A DNA stretch of 64,000 bases from Ophelia neglecta (taxonomy: Eukaryota), in NCBI GenBank assembly GCA_965285935.1, contig OZ260667.1, positions 50,034,001 to 50,098,000 of the forward strand, given 5' to 3'. The notes beneath the pieces are model-generated. The model was given only the letters and a program-made list of their open reading frames with translations, was not told the origin of the DNA and did not search any database. Position numbers and translations under genes: made by a program. Numbering within the stretch: the stretch's first letter is position 1; every line of letters begins with the position of its first letter. Positions 40,601 to 52,959 of this stretch are shown in pieces.

Positions 40601-42028
40601 ATGAACATTATAAATGAGGCTTTAAAAAACGCCGATATTTTTTTGAAAGATTTATGTAAGACAGATACAAAATTCAGCAAGGTTCATGTCAAGAAACTGA
40701 TATCAATGATTCAGAAATGTCCTACTCAAAACATAGGTGAAGGAGAAAAATATAAAATGACTCTTCTTCCCCGGCTGTTAATCAAAGTATCTGTGCTTGT
40801 TTGTCAGTATGCCTACCCAATGTTATGCGAAATGCAGCAGGCATATGAAGAGAACAATAGTTTTTTTCCCATGATCAAGAGATCAACGTGGAAGTTGTTT
40901 AAAAACACTGTCTTGAGTCAGGAAGAAGAATTAGTTGCAGATCTGATTTGTGACTGTTTGCAAGAGCGAATTCGAACAGCTCTAAATGAACGTATCCATA
41001 GGAAAATATATCGACTTCAATCTAGACATTTCAAGACAAAAGCCCGTTTAATGTACAAAGTTTTGCATTCGTTTGCCATAAAGGATAGCTTTGGCACTTT
41101 TGATGGCTACATCCGTTCACCTAAGGAATCTGTTCTTCTGTGGTTGACAGATTACATCAATAAATATTATTTTACCAGGCAGGACTCGAAGCCTTCAAAG
41201 TATGCTGATCTGGCCATCGCGAATCTAAATGAGATAATGCAAAAGGTGCTAGAGAATATGAGCGAGGCCGTAAAGGAGTGTAGAAGTAATCATGCGGATC
41301 ATGACTCATTTATTGATGTGGGAAAATTAATAGATGCGTTCTGTAATTTGGCAAAATATAACATTTCAATCAGTCGGTCACATTTGCAGCACCTGGCACG
41401 TAGAAATATAGCAGACTTGTCAAGTTTTCTCGGGATCTTTAAAACCAAGCTTCAGGCCGAAAGAACGCTTTTGGCAGAATCTTTTACCAGCGTTACATGC
41501 GATACAATAAAGTGGGGAAAAAAGGCGGTAAACATGGCGGTATTGGAAAAACTGTGGGGCTGTGAGGCCATTTGTCCTTTCTGCAACGAACCCTGTCTTT
41601 ATAGCGATCCCAAACACATAGCGGATGACATGCCCCATACTTGTATTCAACACAGACCTGGTGGAGCCTCTGGTTGGCATTGGAAAAGTGACCAAAAATT
41701 GCTGAATACTGCATGTAATTACAATGTTAAACAAAATGCTAGATTTGTTTGCACTAAAGCAACTTGTATAACAAGTAAAACATGTGCAGCCCAATCGCCT
41801 AATATGCCCGTTTATCATCCATACAGGGAGTACAAAACACACCTCCCGGACTGGTCTATATCGCCAGACGAAGATATGGAATCTTCCAAATATTGGCTCT
41901 GGTTCATGGCTCGCTATCAAATTAAGTTAGCAAAAAAATATCATCTTAAACCAGCTCATATTCCCCCTTCCTGGAAGAACATCACGAAAGATGAAGCTAT
42001 AAAAAGCTTAGAAGGTTTTTATCTGTGA
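31384..42028 (+). CDS. GVIN1: VLIG-B: SAM + USP-like cysteine peptidase + very large inducible GTPase (GVIN1/URGCP family), ~2064 aa; exons 31384-31642, 32814-33240, 33516-33620, 33751-33876, 35158-35351, 36945-42028
   Basis: Five GT-AG introns with compatible phases (1,2,2,2,1), giving 6195 nt with no internal stop. The giant exon has a GVIN1-type N-terminal helical motif (GIDVDYWQAIF..LSHL), G1 GIQSSGKS (39062), GRCTRG, DSEGL (39218), FVHQNV and a C-terminal Cys/His cluster. Symbol is family-level only. Confidence 0.85.
32814..35351 (+). CDS. Four-exon USP-like (papain-fold, clan CA) cysteine peptidase module, 284 codons
   Basis: Cys box NTCAVDN (Cys 32897), PPFLLID, YSLKMITYGNSTHF (His 35195), WWLYDG (Asp 35240), terminal SFCVY, and Cys pairs compatible with a finger zinc site. 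Confidence 0.8.
34760..34906 (-). mobile_element. LINE (L2/CR1-like) ORF2 fragment in an intron
   Basis: KSCDADPLPIWLLKGCLDDLVPWFTDIINNSL..FKR resembles the pre-RT region of LINE ORF2. Confidence 0.7.
35820..36350 (+). mobile_element. Degenerate LINE reverse transcriptase fragment in an intron
   Basis: Frameshifted DLSKAFDKVSH, VTSGVPPGSVL, IYIN, FAD and KLSWNDHV motifs. Confidence 0.8.
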
Positions 42029-43476
42029 AGCTAATGGCCATAGTTTACCCTTTTGAGCCGAACTACTCATTCGAGAAACAACGGACTTATGGGCAAATAA
42101 TGCCGGCTCTTCGGTCGCAGGTTCGTAGGGCATACAATATGCACCTGCTATAACTACCCTTTAAATACGTGATAATGAACGATACCGAGTAGATGTATCA
42201 GGATTCGGAGTAAGTCGAGTGCTGGCTTTTAACTGTGTTCAGTTTCTGTGACTTATACGAACAAGAGAAACATGTGAACATATAAACACTTTTCTTATCG
42301 GAGCATGATTGTGATTAACGATTATATTAATACAGCTTGTTCATTTGATGCAGATCTGGAAAGTATACTTACTTTAGCCTCTCTTTTTGTACTTTTATCA
42401 TTTTTAAGCGTAGCATTTGTAAAGCATGCCGGACATGGCAACAAGGTACTACCAACGTAGTGATGGCATAACCGGTCTTTTCCAATGCATTTGACATTTT
42501 CTTTTTCTTCGTTGCATTGTTATATATAGATATTCATCGACAGAAGAGTACTCACAGTGTACTATGTATAATTCCCTATACGCATTTGTTATTTACTTAT
42601 TAGCATCTGCTGCTTTGGTTCTGAGGAAACATTCCTGTTGATGCCATTTTGATAGCAATCAAGTAGTATGTTATTTTTACTGTACAATGACTGCGTATTT
42701 CGCTCGAACCATGTGGGTTTGTTAATGCAGAAGTAATTAAGAAAAATACCTTTGTTCATACTTGTTTAACTCAGCCAATATGTATATATAAATAAAATAA
42801 ATTTATGAATTATTGATAAAAAGTTTGATTACTCTATACTGGATGCATGGTGGGTGAATATTAGGCGAAGACCCATTTAGGTAAATTTCTATAACTGTGC
42901 TCTTAATGAAATTTGATTATGTCCAATTGTATGGCTAACCTTTTGATTTAAGTTACCTGTACAAATGAATTATTAAGCTGTTAGTCGTTTTTTTGCCTTT
43001 TATTCAAATGTGGACAATAAGCGAGTTATTCTTCTGATATATAAAAAAAATTCTCACATGACTGCAACGTGAATACATATCAATGGAATTAACGGCTCTT
43101 AAAAACCAGTTCGTACACTGAATCGCGCAGTAGAAGTTTCATCATAGTGTTCAATATATTTAAAATGCACACTTATGTCTGACTATTTGTTGATATTAAG
43201 TTCAAAATCTTATGTAAATTGTGATTTATCCGAACTTATAACATTTTGGATGCACCACGGACCGCATAATAAGATACTTCTTAAAGTGTATAACAGGTAT
43301 AAAACGTTTGACGATATCTTTAGAGTGTGCATGCATTAGATAATTATCTTATAAATGGAAAAGAACAAAAGCCATAATCTGTGTTCGTTTTTATACATAA
43401 CGAGGTTTTAGAGAGTAATCTTGGCATTGTTTATAACGCGAAGAAATCGGCAGTTTCCGGCAATACTCAGCATGTA

Positions 43477-43496
43477 TGACGTCAGCGGAGTAAGTC
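43477..43496 (+). promoter_or_regulatory. 20-bp subterminal motif with CRE palindrome, upstream of the transposase
   Basis: TGACGTCAGCGGAGTAAGTC; exact inverted copy at 49608-49627. Confidence 0.6.
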
Positions 43497-43604
43497 CCGA
43501 GAGCAGTGTTTACATTGAGCAGGCCAGATCAACACATGTGATACCGCACGCGTTCAACACCTCTCTACTGATCACGGGAAAATAGTAGCTATTAACAGTG
43601 TGTC

Positions 43605-46600
43605 ATGCCTAATCGTTGTGTGGCACAAGGCTGTGATAATGTTCCTAGAACGGGAATTGCTTTTCTTCGGTTTCCTCACTCGAAACCACAGTTATTGCAA
43701 CAGTGGGTCAAGTTCGTTGAAGCCGACAGAGCAAATTTCCATGTCACAAAACATGTGCACCGGTGCTCATTGCATTTTCGCTCGGGTCCGGATGGAGACT
43801 TTGTGAATTGGATGAGCTACGAGATGGGCTATGACAAGGCACTTCGTTTGAGCGAAAACGCTGTGCCGACGATACACCCAGTTATCCCTGAAAAGCGGAA
43901 ACTTTTTACCGTCCCCGAGGTACATTTGCCGGCAAAGCAACCCCGGACGGCCGGTCGAAGTACAGCTCTTCGCAAGCTGGAGTCTAACAGAATGTTGGTA
44001 AGAATAAAATTTCAAACGCAATGATATGATTGTGGGCAAGTTAGCTGGGACACCAGCTAGTCATTAGATACAAATGATACATTTCATTATAATTAGAATA
44101 TCCAAGCCACTTTATATGATTTTAGACTTGCTAATTGACTCACGCTTGCATATTTAAAGGTATGTGCATTCGTAATGTTAAGTATAGGCTAAATCTATAT
44201 TATATGGAGCCGACAATAATTTGCCTGTAATTAATACATATTTTGATAACTAATGCAAGTGACAACCATATAGGCATACGCCTTAAAAATCGTCTCTCAT
44301 GCATTATAAACTATTATTATTAAAGGTGGATTCTAAGGCATCTGCATCAGTCACTTCTGAGCAATCGCCAGAGGAAGATACAGAAGCTGCCACACTTCAA
44401 AGAGATGTTGATACTGTGGAAGAAATGCACAACTCGCCAGAGAAGGTGTCTGTGGGGTGTAATACTGAAAGTAGGCATTGCAGACCAAGGTCCCAGCAGA
44501 CTGTCAGAACAAAGACTCTCAGTAAAGGTAAATCTGATTAATGTCCAAACCAGATATGTATTGTTGGATCTACCTCTTTACCAAGTAAAGGAACTTTCCA
44601 GTTAATTTACCTACAACGATAGACTTATAATATCTGTTTCAGGAATACGTGTTTGTGCTCAAATGCGCTCACTTTTAACCCAGACGTCTGAGAGCAGTTT
44701 CAGAACAGTCTCTAGGAGCCCCCCTCCCACTCCTGTGAAATCCCACAATTACCAGGAATCTGACGATTGTGAAAAGGATGAAGACTATTCTGTCATTCGA
44801 AGATTATGAAGGAGAAATGTTTGGAATAAATGAAATGAAGTAAGATTGATTTATTTCAATAAGGGCAGATAAATTTTTCATGCGTGCAGCTTGTTGAAGT
44901 GTACAAGTCTGAAAATTGTCCAATTTACACTCAATATTCTGTATTATACAGTCAAATCAACAACTCCATTTAGATCAAATATTCAAATATGCAATTTTAA
45001 ATTTGTTTAAGTCATTAAGTTAACATTTATGTACATGTTACACTTACTGTGCTAGTATTAGTATTTATTATGATTTTTTTTTATTAGACCTGCATCACCC
45101 AAAGATACCAGAGGTGACACCCCTGTTGACCTGGAGCAAAAATTTATTATCTTCCGCTCTTGTCTGGAGGAAGTTTTAGTCCCCTGTCAACTTTGCTCGA
45201 GGGAATGTATGCTCATATTCTCCAGCGACAAGTCCAGACGAGAGCAAAGATACGGAACTGCTCTTATGGTAGAGAGGCAGTGTCGAACGTGCTCATTCTC
45301 AGGCAGATGGTACAGCCAACCATTTACCAAAAAAAACCTGCAGTCAACCTACTTGCATCTTCCGCAATTGTGCTGACAGGAAATCAGTTCAGTAAGGTGG
45401 AGGCTCTCTGCAAACTTCTGAATATCCAATTTATATCACGGGAGACCCATAATGTTTATCAGAAAAATTATGTGTTCCCAAGGATTTTCAAGTCATGGAA
45501 ACTCATGCAAATAGCCTTGAACAACCAGTTAAAAGCTATGGATGGAGGACTGGTAATCAGTGCGGATGGCAGAGCAGATTCCCGGGCCATTGTGCTAAGT
45601 ATGGGTCTTACACTAGTATGGAGATGAGGCTCAATAAAATTATAGATATCCAGTTAGTGCAGGTAGGTGTTTTCTTCTGTGCCAGATCATGCTATTGGTA
45701 AAGGTTTACTATGGTTTAAATTTGTGCTCTTGTACACAATAACACTATCACAGGGCAAAAAATTTATGATTTGGCAACATGGTGTAGTATTAATTTTATT
45801 GAAGTAATTAGTCTATGTATAATCACTTTGGTTTAGAGCAATGAAGTGAAGTCCAGCTACTGGATGGAAAATCAGGGATTGGTTAGAAGCACCAAACATT
45901 TTAAGGAAGAAAAACTTGGCCTTGACATTATGGTGACAGACAGACAAAAGACCAATAACAAGTGGATAAGGGAAAATCTACCTGGAGTCAAACACTATTA
46001 TGATGTTTGGCATGTTGCCAAAGGTGATATTACATGCTGTGATTTAGAACTTATTAGTTTATCAGTTATAATAACACAGGTTGAGGAAATTTGTATTTAT
46101 ACACATAACATTAATCAAAAAATATTGTTCCTAGGTTTAAAGAAAACTGGATGCTTTGGCCCAACAGAAGGATTGTGAATTGGTTGGTGAATGGAAAACT
46201 TCTATTATCAAACATTTATATTGGTGTGCTAAATCTACCCCGGATGGAAATGGAGAAGTCATGCTGGCCAAATGGAGGTCATTACCCAACCATATGCACA
46301 ACTCCCACGTCCACAAGGACAGCCGGTTCCCAAAATGTCTCCACAAGGGACTACCTGCCCGTACAACGCGGATAAAATACCTGAAAAGAGGTGAGGCTTG
46401 AACAATTGACTAGCTGCCAACCTGACAAATTTGCAAACAAGAAAATTGTCAATGAATTTCAGTGTTTCATTTCAATGTTTATAATTTGCATTCTACCTCA
46501 ATTTTTATCAAATGACTGTAAACCATGCTCATGTGTTTATAAATAGCAATTTACACTATTTAACAGGGTCCCCTCTGTCTGGCAAGTTAGACAGTCTTCT

Positions 46601-47743
46601 GCTGAACCATTATCTCTTCAGTGATATCAAGAGGCTGTCACCACTTCACCAAACTTCCAATGTTGAGGGGTACCATAGCACAGTTATAAACTTTGCCCCT
46701 AAACACACCCATTTTGGTTATCTGAACATGAATTCTCGGTATGAACTTCTTAAACACAAATAAATTAAGCTTATATTGGTACAATACATTTTGGGTTTGT
46801 TGCTGAACGTGCGTACCAATAGGTTTTGGACAAAATATGTCTAGGTAAACTTTTAGCATAAGCATTCAATAGTTGTAGCATAAAATGGACAAATACCAAC
46901 ACCATCTTTAATATTATGTCAGAAGTTGAACAATGATTAGTTCCATAGCAGGAAAGGATATTATTGACATTTTTTTGCACTGCAGTTTGCTTCTTGCTGG
47001 CATGCATTACAATGAAAATTCTGAACGAACTTGCAAAACAGATGACACAGGCAACACAAGGCTGCAATGTTTTTTTAACAAGGTTAAGAAGGAGGTGCCA
47101 TCTTTCCGACCTGTTAAAGAGGCTTCCACAAACAGTAAATACTAATTTTATAGCTGCTTTGAAATTTGAATAGAGACCACCCAATGTACTATTAAATACT
47201 GCCTGCTTAAATAGGCTGGTCCTTTCCACAGGTTATTTTATACACTTGAAAGTTTACATTTTGGTTGTCTGAATATAGAGGTTGTCTTAGTTTTTACTGT
47301 ACCTGGTTTAAGCACCTTGCATTATTGTAGACACTTTTAATTACATTTGTACACTCCACTTGTATTATGATTGATTCAGTAATTCATGTATAATAAATTA
47401 GTTCAAATATGTTGCAGGAAACACAAAAATTTGGCATGAACAAACTTAATTTAACTTTTTTCAATTTCATTGTTCTATTTCTAGAAGCAATTAGTGAAGA
47501 TACTAGTTTGGTTGCTTCACATATTGATTCAAAACAATTGGATGCTTTCTTTCAGACTATGCTAGAGAAATAAATGCAAATCTTGTCGCAGACATCCATA
47601 GCAACAATGGGGCAGAGCTCAAAGAAGTGGTGAATAGAATCCAGTTACCCCCTCCACTGAGTCACAAATACAAACATGTGGACCGCAAGAAAGCAGAATC
47701 TGAATTCACAAGCAGGTTTAGAAAATACCGAAAAGACAATTGA
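43605..47743 (+). pseudogene. Kolobok THAP + DDE transposase, 9 exons (43605-43997, 44326-44527, 44643-44839, 45088-45662, 45837-46023, 46135-46390, 46567-46738, 46986-47134, 47556-47743), about 4 apparent frameshifts
   Basis: THAP domain MPNRCVAQGC..FP..W..CSLHF..AVPTI; DGRADS(P)GHCAKYGSY, VTDR, YDVWHVAK, HLYWC, HQTSNVEGYHS, HYNEN, PPPL..SRF. Confidence 0.85.
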
Positions 47744-48048
47744 TCATGTTTACCGCATACTGCATTAAGGAAATTTTACTCAGAAAAAGTATAAAATCAT
47801 ACGTATTAACATACTCCTAATATATTTAGTTGAAAACATCCTTTTCTCGCTATAAATGTATAAATTGTATGTCCTTGCATATATTAACAGTCAGAATAAA
47901 GGGAATCTTCTTGCTTACTGTTAATGTAAAAACAGAAGTATTAATAAAAAAAACCTTTTCAGGTGATCATGATCATTTAAGATACTTTTAGAAATAATCA
48001 TTTTATTACATTAAGATACATTTCTTTAATGTTTGATACAAAACACAT

Positions 48049-49577
48049 TTAAATTAGATTGGGTAGAGCCATCCTAGCCCTAGCCGCCTTGATTTCTCTA
48101 AATCCAACATAGCCCAGGTCATTAGGATTTGGGAATCGCTTCCTAATGGCAGTAACCACACATGATGGAAGGGGGATTCTGATGTCCTTGCCCAGAAAGT
48201 GCCAGCACCAGCGCACAAACTGACGATATGCCACATATCTGTATTTCCTAAAAATAACAAGGGGGGCACTGGAATAGTCACCTGTTGGGTAAATACCACC
48301 AGGACTTACAGGAGGCTGGGGTAAAAAAAATTTGAACAAAAATGTTGGAGGGGGATGGAAAGGTAGATGACAATCATAAATGAAGCAGCTAAAACATGGC
48401 TGTATTACCAAACTAGTCTGATTATTGATTTAATGAACTTACTTGTGGAGAGGACGGGCTACATTGCCCCTACTCTGCTGGCCATATTCCTGTTTATAAT
48501 GGTAGTAGGCTAACAGCAGCGCGAGTACAGAAAGACGGCCCTCAGCAAAGCCTGGATGGCTACAAATGCAATCTGGGACTGCCTGCCCTACTGGTAGATT
48601 ATCTGCCTTAGTCTGACAAACTTTGTCATACTCCTGGCAACACACAGACTCATAACCTGTCTCCATTGGTTGACACCCCTGACAGGTACACCTACAATGA
48701 ACAGTTTGATATGAATATAATTTTTTGTTACTAAATTTGGATTATACATTGCTCAATTTCAATAATTATGCTAAAACTAACAGTAAAATTCTACTACTGG
48801 AAAGGATCTGCAAATAATAATTTATATTTATATAAGTTTATTAAATGAGGGTCGAAATATTCATTGTATTCTCTTTTGTACAGAAAATAGTAAGTTTCTT
48901 TTATTAAAACTAATTTGTTTGGGGCAATAATTTTAAGGGGACCCGATTTATAAATGCCCTCCCCACCTCCCTCACAAGTGCTAGTTTCAGGATGGTAGAG
49001 TAGAAATAATGCCAAAAACTCGTTAATAACATATAATATGATATTTGTCAGGGGGGGGGGGGACTTTTTTAATGCCCATATTAATGACATGGTGGGTGAT
49101 CATACCAACTATACATGCATACATACGTCGGAGAGGAAGACAGCCATAAGGTTACAAGTAACTAAAGCCGTTACTACGAGTTTGTTTACATTTAGAAAGT
49201 TCGCAAAAATGATCATTTACTGAAAAAAAAACTCTCGAAATTTACTTTTTTCAGATAAAATAAAGCATGCTGAAGCTTTTAAATAATATGCCTAGCCTTT
49301 AAACGACGAAAAAGGTCACGAAATTAATAATGCTGTAAAGGTGTCTGTTTATATGCGTTCTGACATACCACGCGGTGTTTCCTGCTCGATCAGTGCTCTC
49401 GTCTTCTTCGCTCACGGCCTCCCATTCAGTGTCATCCAAATCCGCTACTGGTTCGTTTTGGTAGGGCAGTATTTCCCCTTCCAACAATTCCTCCAGCGAT
49501 GCCATGTCACTGTCGGAAGAGCTCAAACTTCCCTCATCAGAAGAGTCTCGATCGTAATTTTGGTCAGGAGTCCCCAT
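48049..49577 (-). CDS. KolX: KolX accessory protein (P2X7 C-terminal ballast-like Cys-rich domain), 218 aa; exons 49577-49369, 48691-48443, 48247-48049
   Basis: Acidic N-terminus with PYQNEP, then WCTCQGCQPM..ESVCCQE, CICSHPGF, YRYVAYRQFVRWCW..LGKDIRIPLPSCVV..IRKRFP. Phases 2,2; 657 nt intact. Confidence 0.88.
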
Positions 49578-49607
49578 TTTATCTAGCTCATGTGCGGTCA
49601 CTCAGAC

Positions 49608-49627
49608 GACTTACTCCGCTGACGTCA
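49608..49627 (-). promoter_or_regulatory. 20-bp subterminal motif with CRE palindrome, upstream of KolX
   Basis: GACTTACTCCGCTGACGTCA is the exact reverse complement of 43477-43496. Confidence 0.6.
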
Positions 49628-49839
49628 GCAGGTCAAAGGTCGCCGCCGGCAACCTAAGTGCTGGATTGCGCCCCGCGATGTTTAAATGTCCGATTTTACA
49701 TATTAACACTAATTTTCTTTAAAAATTATTTTACACGATGTTTCAAAAAAGTATTATCTACAGATTCAATTAAAAATGTAATTATCGCTGCCTAAACCTG
49801 TTATTTACTTTAATATAACATGAAAATTAATGGAGTGGG

Positions 49840-50700
49840 ACAAAGTAATTATTTTCTCTTCACAATACGAACGATTCTACAGCCAAAGAAAAAGCCATTT
49901 ATTATATGATCAAATTTTTATTTAAATGACGTATCAATTGCGCATCTTACATTCGTCGATTCAAAAGATTTAAATATGATCATGTATGTACACGTCTCTA
50001 TACAAACAACATGCTCAGGCAGGGTATAAGAGGGGACAGGAGCTCTTACGCCCAGACAGCAAGAAAGGAGAGTAACCCTTCCACTTAGGCAGCCGGAAGG
50101 GGAGAGCAGACTTTAAAGCAAAAAGGGGATAGAGGAATCCTTGAGGGACAGGAACGGGCAAAGGGTGGAACTAAGGACGGACCAGACGCACTAGTGGGGA
50201 GGCCCGAATTAGGTGACAAGTATCTGATGGGTTGGCCCTTAGCCATGGATGGACTGACGCCCCAATGTGACGGTCCAAACGAGGGAATAGGAACCCTTAA
50301 GGGCAGGCTCAAAAGAGGGTTCAGATGTTCATAAGGGGCAGCCTTATGAGAATACAGGATCCTTTATGGGGAGGACCCAAGTAGGGGAAAGATGCTTTAT
50401 AGGGAGGAGCCAAAGACCTAGAAGCCCTTATGGGTGTAGTCCTAAGAAGGGCACAATTAGGACGTGTAGGCCTAAGGGGAGCTTATGGAAGAGCAAGGGT
50501 CCCTTGTGAGAATACCCCTAATATCCTCTTAGGATATAACAGGTCCCAAAGAAAGTGACAGGAGCCCTTATTTAGTGGCCTATAATCAGAGGCGGGAGAC
50601 CTTATGGTTAGCCCCTTAGGAGGGTACCGGATCCGTTTAGGAGCGCCAAAATACCCCCCTTAGTTCAAAATAGTAAGATCAAGGGGGGGAGGGGGCGAGG
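49840..50700. repeat. Interspersed repeat, copy 2
   Basis: GATTCTACAGCCAAAG and TACACGTCTCTATACAAACAACAT anchors followed by the purine-rich degenerate array. Confidence 0.75.
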
Positions 50701-52959
50701 CCCCGAATGTTGCCCGAGCCTTGCCATGGACTGCGCAGTGCTACTACAAGATGGTGAATGGGACAAGTGTCAAGTCAGTAACCGGGGGCCAATGGATTTT
50801 ATTCACGAGGATGTTGGAAGCTTATCAGCTGTCAGCGAAGACGTGGTTGGTCAGTTTTTATCGCCCGAGCCAATCAAGACCATATAATTGACCTGCCAAA
50901 TTTGGTCACCTTGCTAATACGGTCACTTTTAGCCAGTCCCTTGGCTGATCTTAATAGACTCGATACCCCATTGCGCCCTCTTATTGATACTTTTCCATTG
51001 GCAGTTTTTTGTAAACCTTTCTAAACTATAGCCAACTCTATTCTCCACATCTACCGTACTTTTTAATAGTCATACTCCCAATAGATAAGTAAAAAATTCG
51101 GACTGCTAATTTATCCAACTTCGTGAGAGATTATTAGTCATGGTTGTATTATATTTAAACAGTGAAACCTTTGGATAATTATCAAGCAGAAAAATTAACA
51201 CTGCTCAGTTAAGTTGAATCAAGACATCCTAAATCCTCGCGATCTCGTTTTCGCTACGAGAGGCACAATGCGGCTAGGCCAAACCGCCCGCAAACCTAAA
51301 CGTAGCTGACCAATGCCAACCTGGTCGAGCTGTCATCAAAATGTCAGAGATTTAATAGCTTTAAAGTCGCCATTGCTGTTTTGAACCTAATTTATTTCCG
51401 GTTTGACTATGCTGTGGGAAATTTACAACTGTGCTGCCGGGACTGCGTCATGCCGCTTTGGTTATGGCCGGGTTAGTTGTTGCTCGGCGAATTCATGCAC
51501 ATTAACAGTTTGACCGGCAAATCGAAGAAAGCCGTGCAAAATAAATTCCTGCCAGTGAATGAATGGGTGTACAAAGAAAACGCGGTCAGTGGTGTAGTGA
51601 AAGATATAACATGTATACATGAAATAATTTTTAACGGTGATTCCGACCCTGGGACACATCCCCTTGACTTGAATTTACTCGAATTTGTTGGCAGGCTTAT
51701 CCCCGCGCCTCGATCCCCCCCGGCCCGGACATTAGTTTGAAACTATCCCTCCACCCCCGTCTCCGGACAGACTTTTTAAAATATGACTGTATTGATTGTA
51801 CATTATATTGGGCTAAATCTTGGGTGTATGGAAATGTGCCATTTATGAACACTTCGGTAGTGTACGAAAATGATGGCTGCTCTCGGATTAGTACCCATCG
51901 TAAGTGATCTGACAATTACGCATGTGTAAATTAAACGGCTTACTTCAAATAACGAAGTCTGCTGAAGAGAAAATGCCACAAAACGTACCGGGAATTTTTA
52001 TTTTATGATGGGTACATTAAAAGAAACATTTATATGGCTTAGTAACAAATGGCCTGAATAACGGATGGCGCAATGGCTACCAATGGGTAATGTGTTAGTA
52101 GTATATTGCCTTACGTGACAAACAGGAAACCAGTAGTAACGAGTCTAATTTGAAAAGTATGAAGTATTAACGTGCCAAATTAAAACTTTAACTTTTGGGT
52201 CTTGGTGATACCCCTGACCTGACCAATGACCCCTTCGTATACGCATATTAAACGACCATGCGACTGGTTTGCTTATCCTTAACCTGTTTAACTTAATAGC
52301 AAAGTGGCCTACTTAAAACAAGTAGTAACGTGTCACGCCGGAAACAAGTAGTATCGTATCAAACTGGAAATTAGAAGTATTTCTTTTAGAAACATGCATC
52401 CCAGAACGGATTAAAGGGGAGGTTTTAGGGAGGTTTTAAAGGAACAATGTCGGAAAAAATTAAGTCTAGATAAATTATATCATTTTGTTCCCTCGAAATA
52501 ATATTTCGTTCCCTCGAAATAGCATTCATCATTTCATTTTCTCGAAACGATATATCATTCCCTTAATAATGGTTTAGTTTCTACTCCCTAGAAAAAATTA
52601 TTTCGTTCCCCCAAAGAGCCAACAACTATATTATTACATTGGAAATCTACTGGTAACCTCATTTCATGCATCTTATGGAGTTTTTCTAAGAGAGAGTTGA
52701 ATGAGCCACTTGCTCTTGTCAGTCTAGACTTAGTTTCGAGGGAACGCCATATTCTTTCAGGGGAAGGCCATATCATATCGATGGAAGGTAATGATACCAT
52801 TATAAGGAGGGAATGATATAAAATATGGAGGGAACGAAAAAATAAAAAGAAAGGAATATGAAAGATCACATTTCTGGGTGTCACAGTTAAATCACACTGA
52901 CAGTTAACATTCAAATTATTTTGCTGTGTCTGCAGTGACATTGTGTCGACAGCCAATGA

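Larger units (their letters stand above)
43285..49809 (+). mobile_element. Full-length Kolobok-superfamily DNA transposon (6525 bp)
   Basis: TTAA on both sides (43281-84, 49810-13). Imperfect TIRs AGTGTATAACAGGT and AGTAAATAACAGGT (reverse complement) starting with RR. Contains convergent THAP-DDE transposase and KolX genes. Confidence 0.92.

Noticed and set aside
19196-41920. Antisense ORFs overlapping the VLIG exons
   Set aside because: Expected shadow ORFs of long coding exons, with no independent coding signal.
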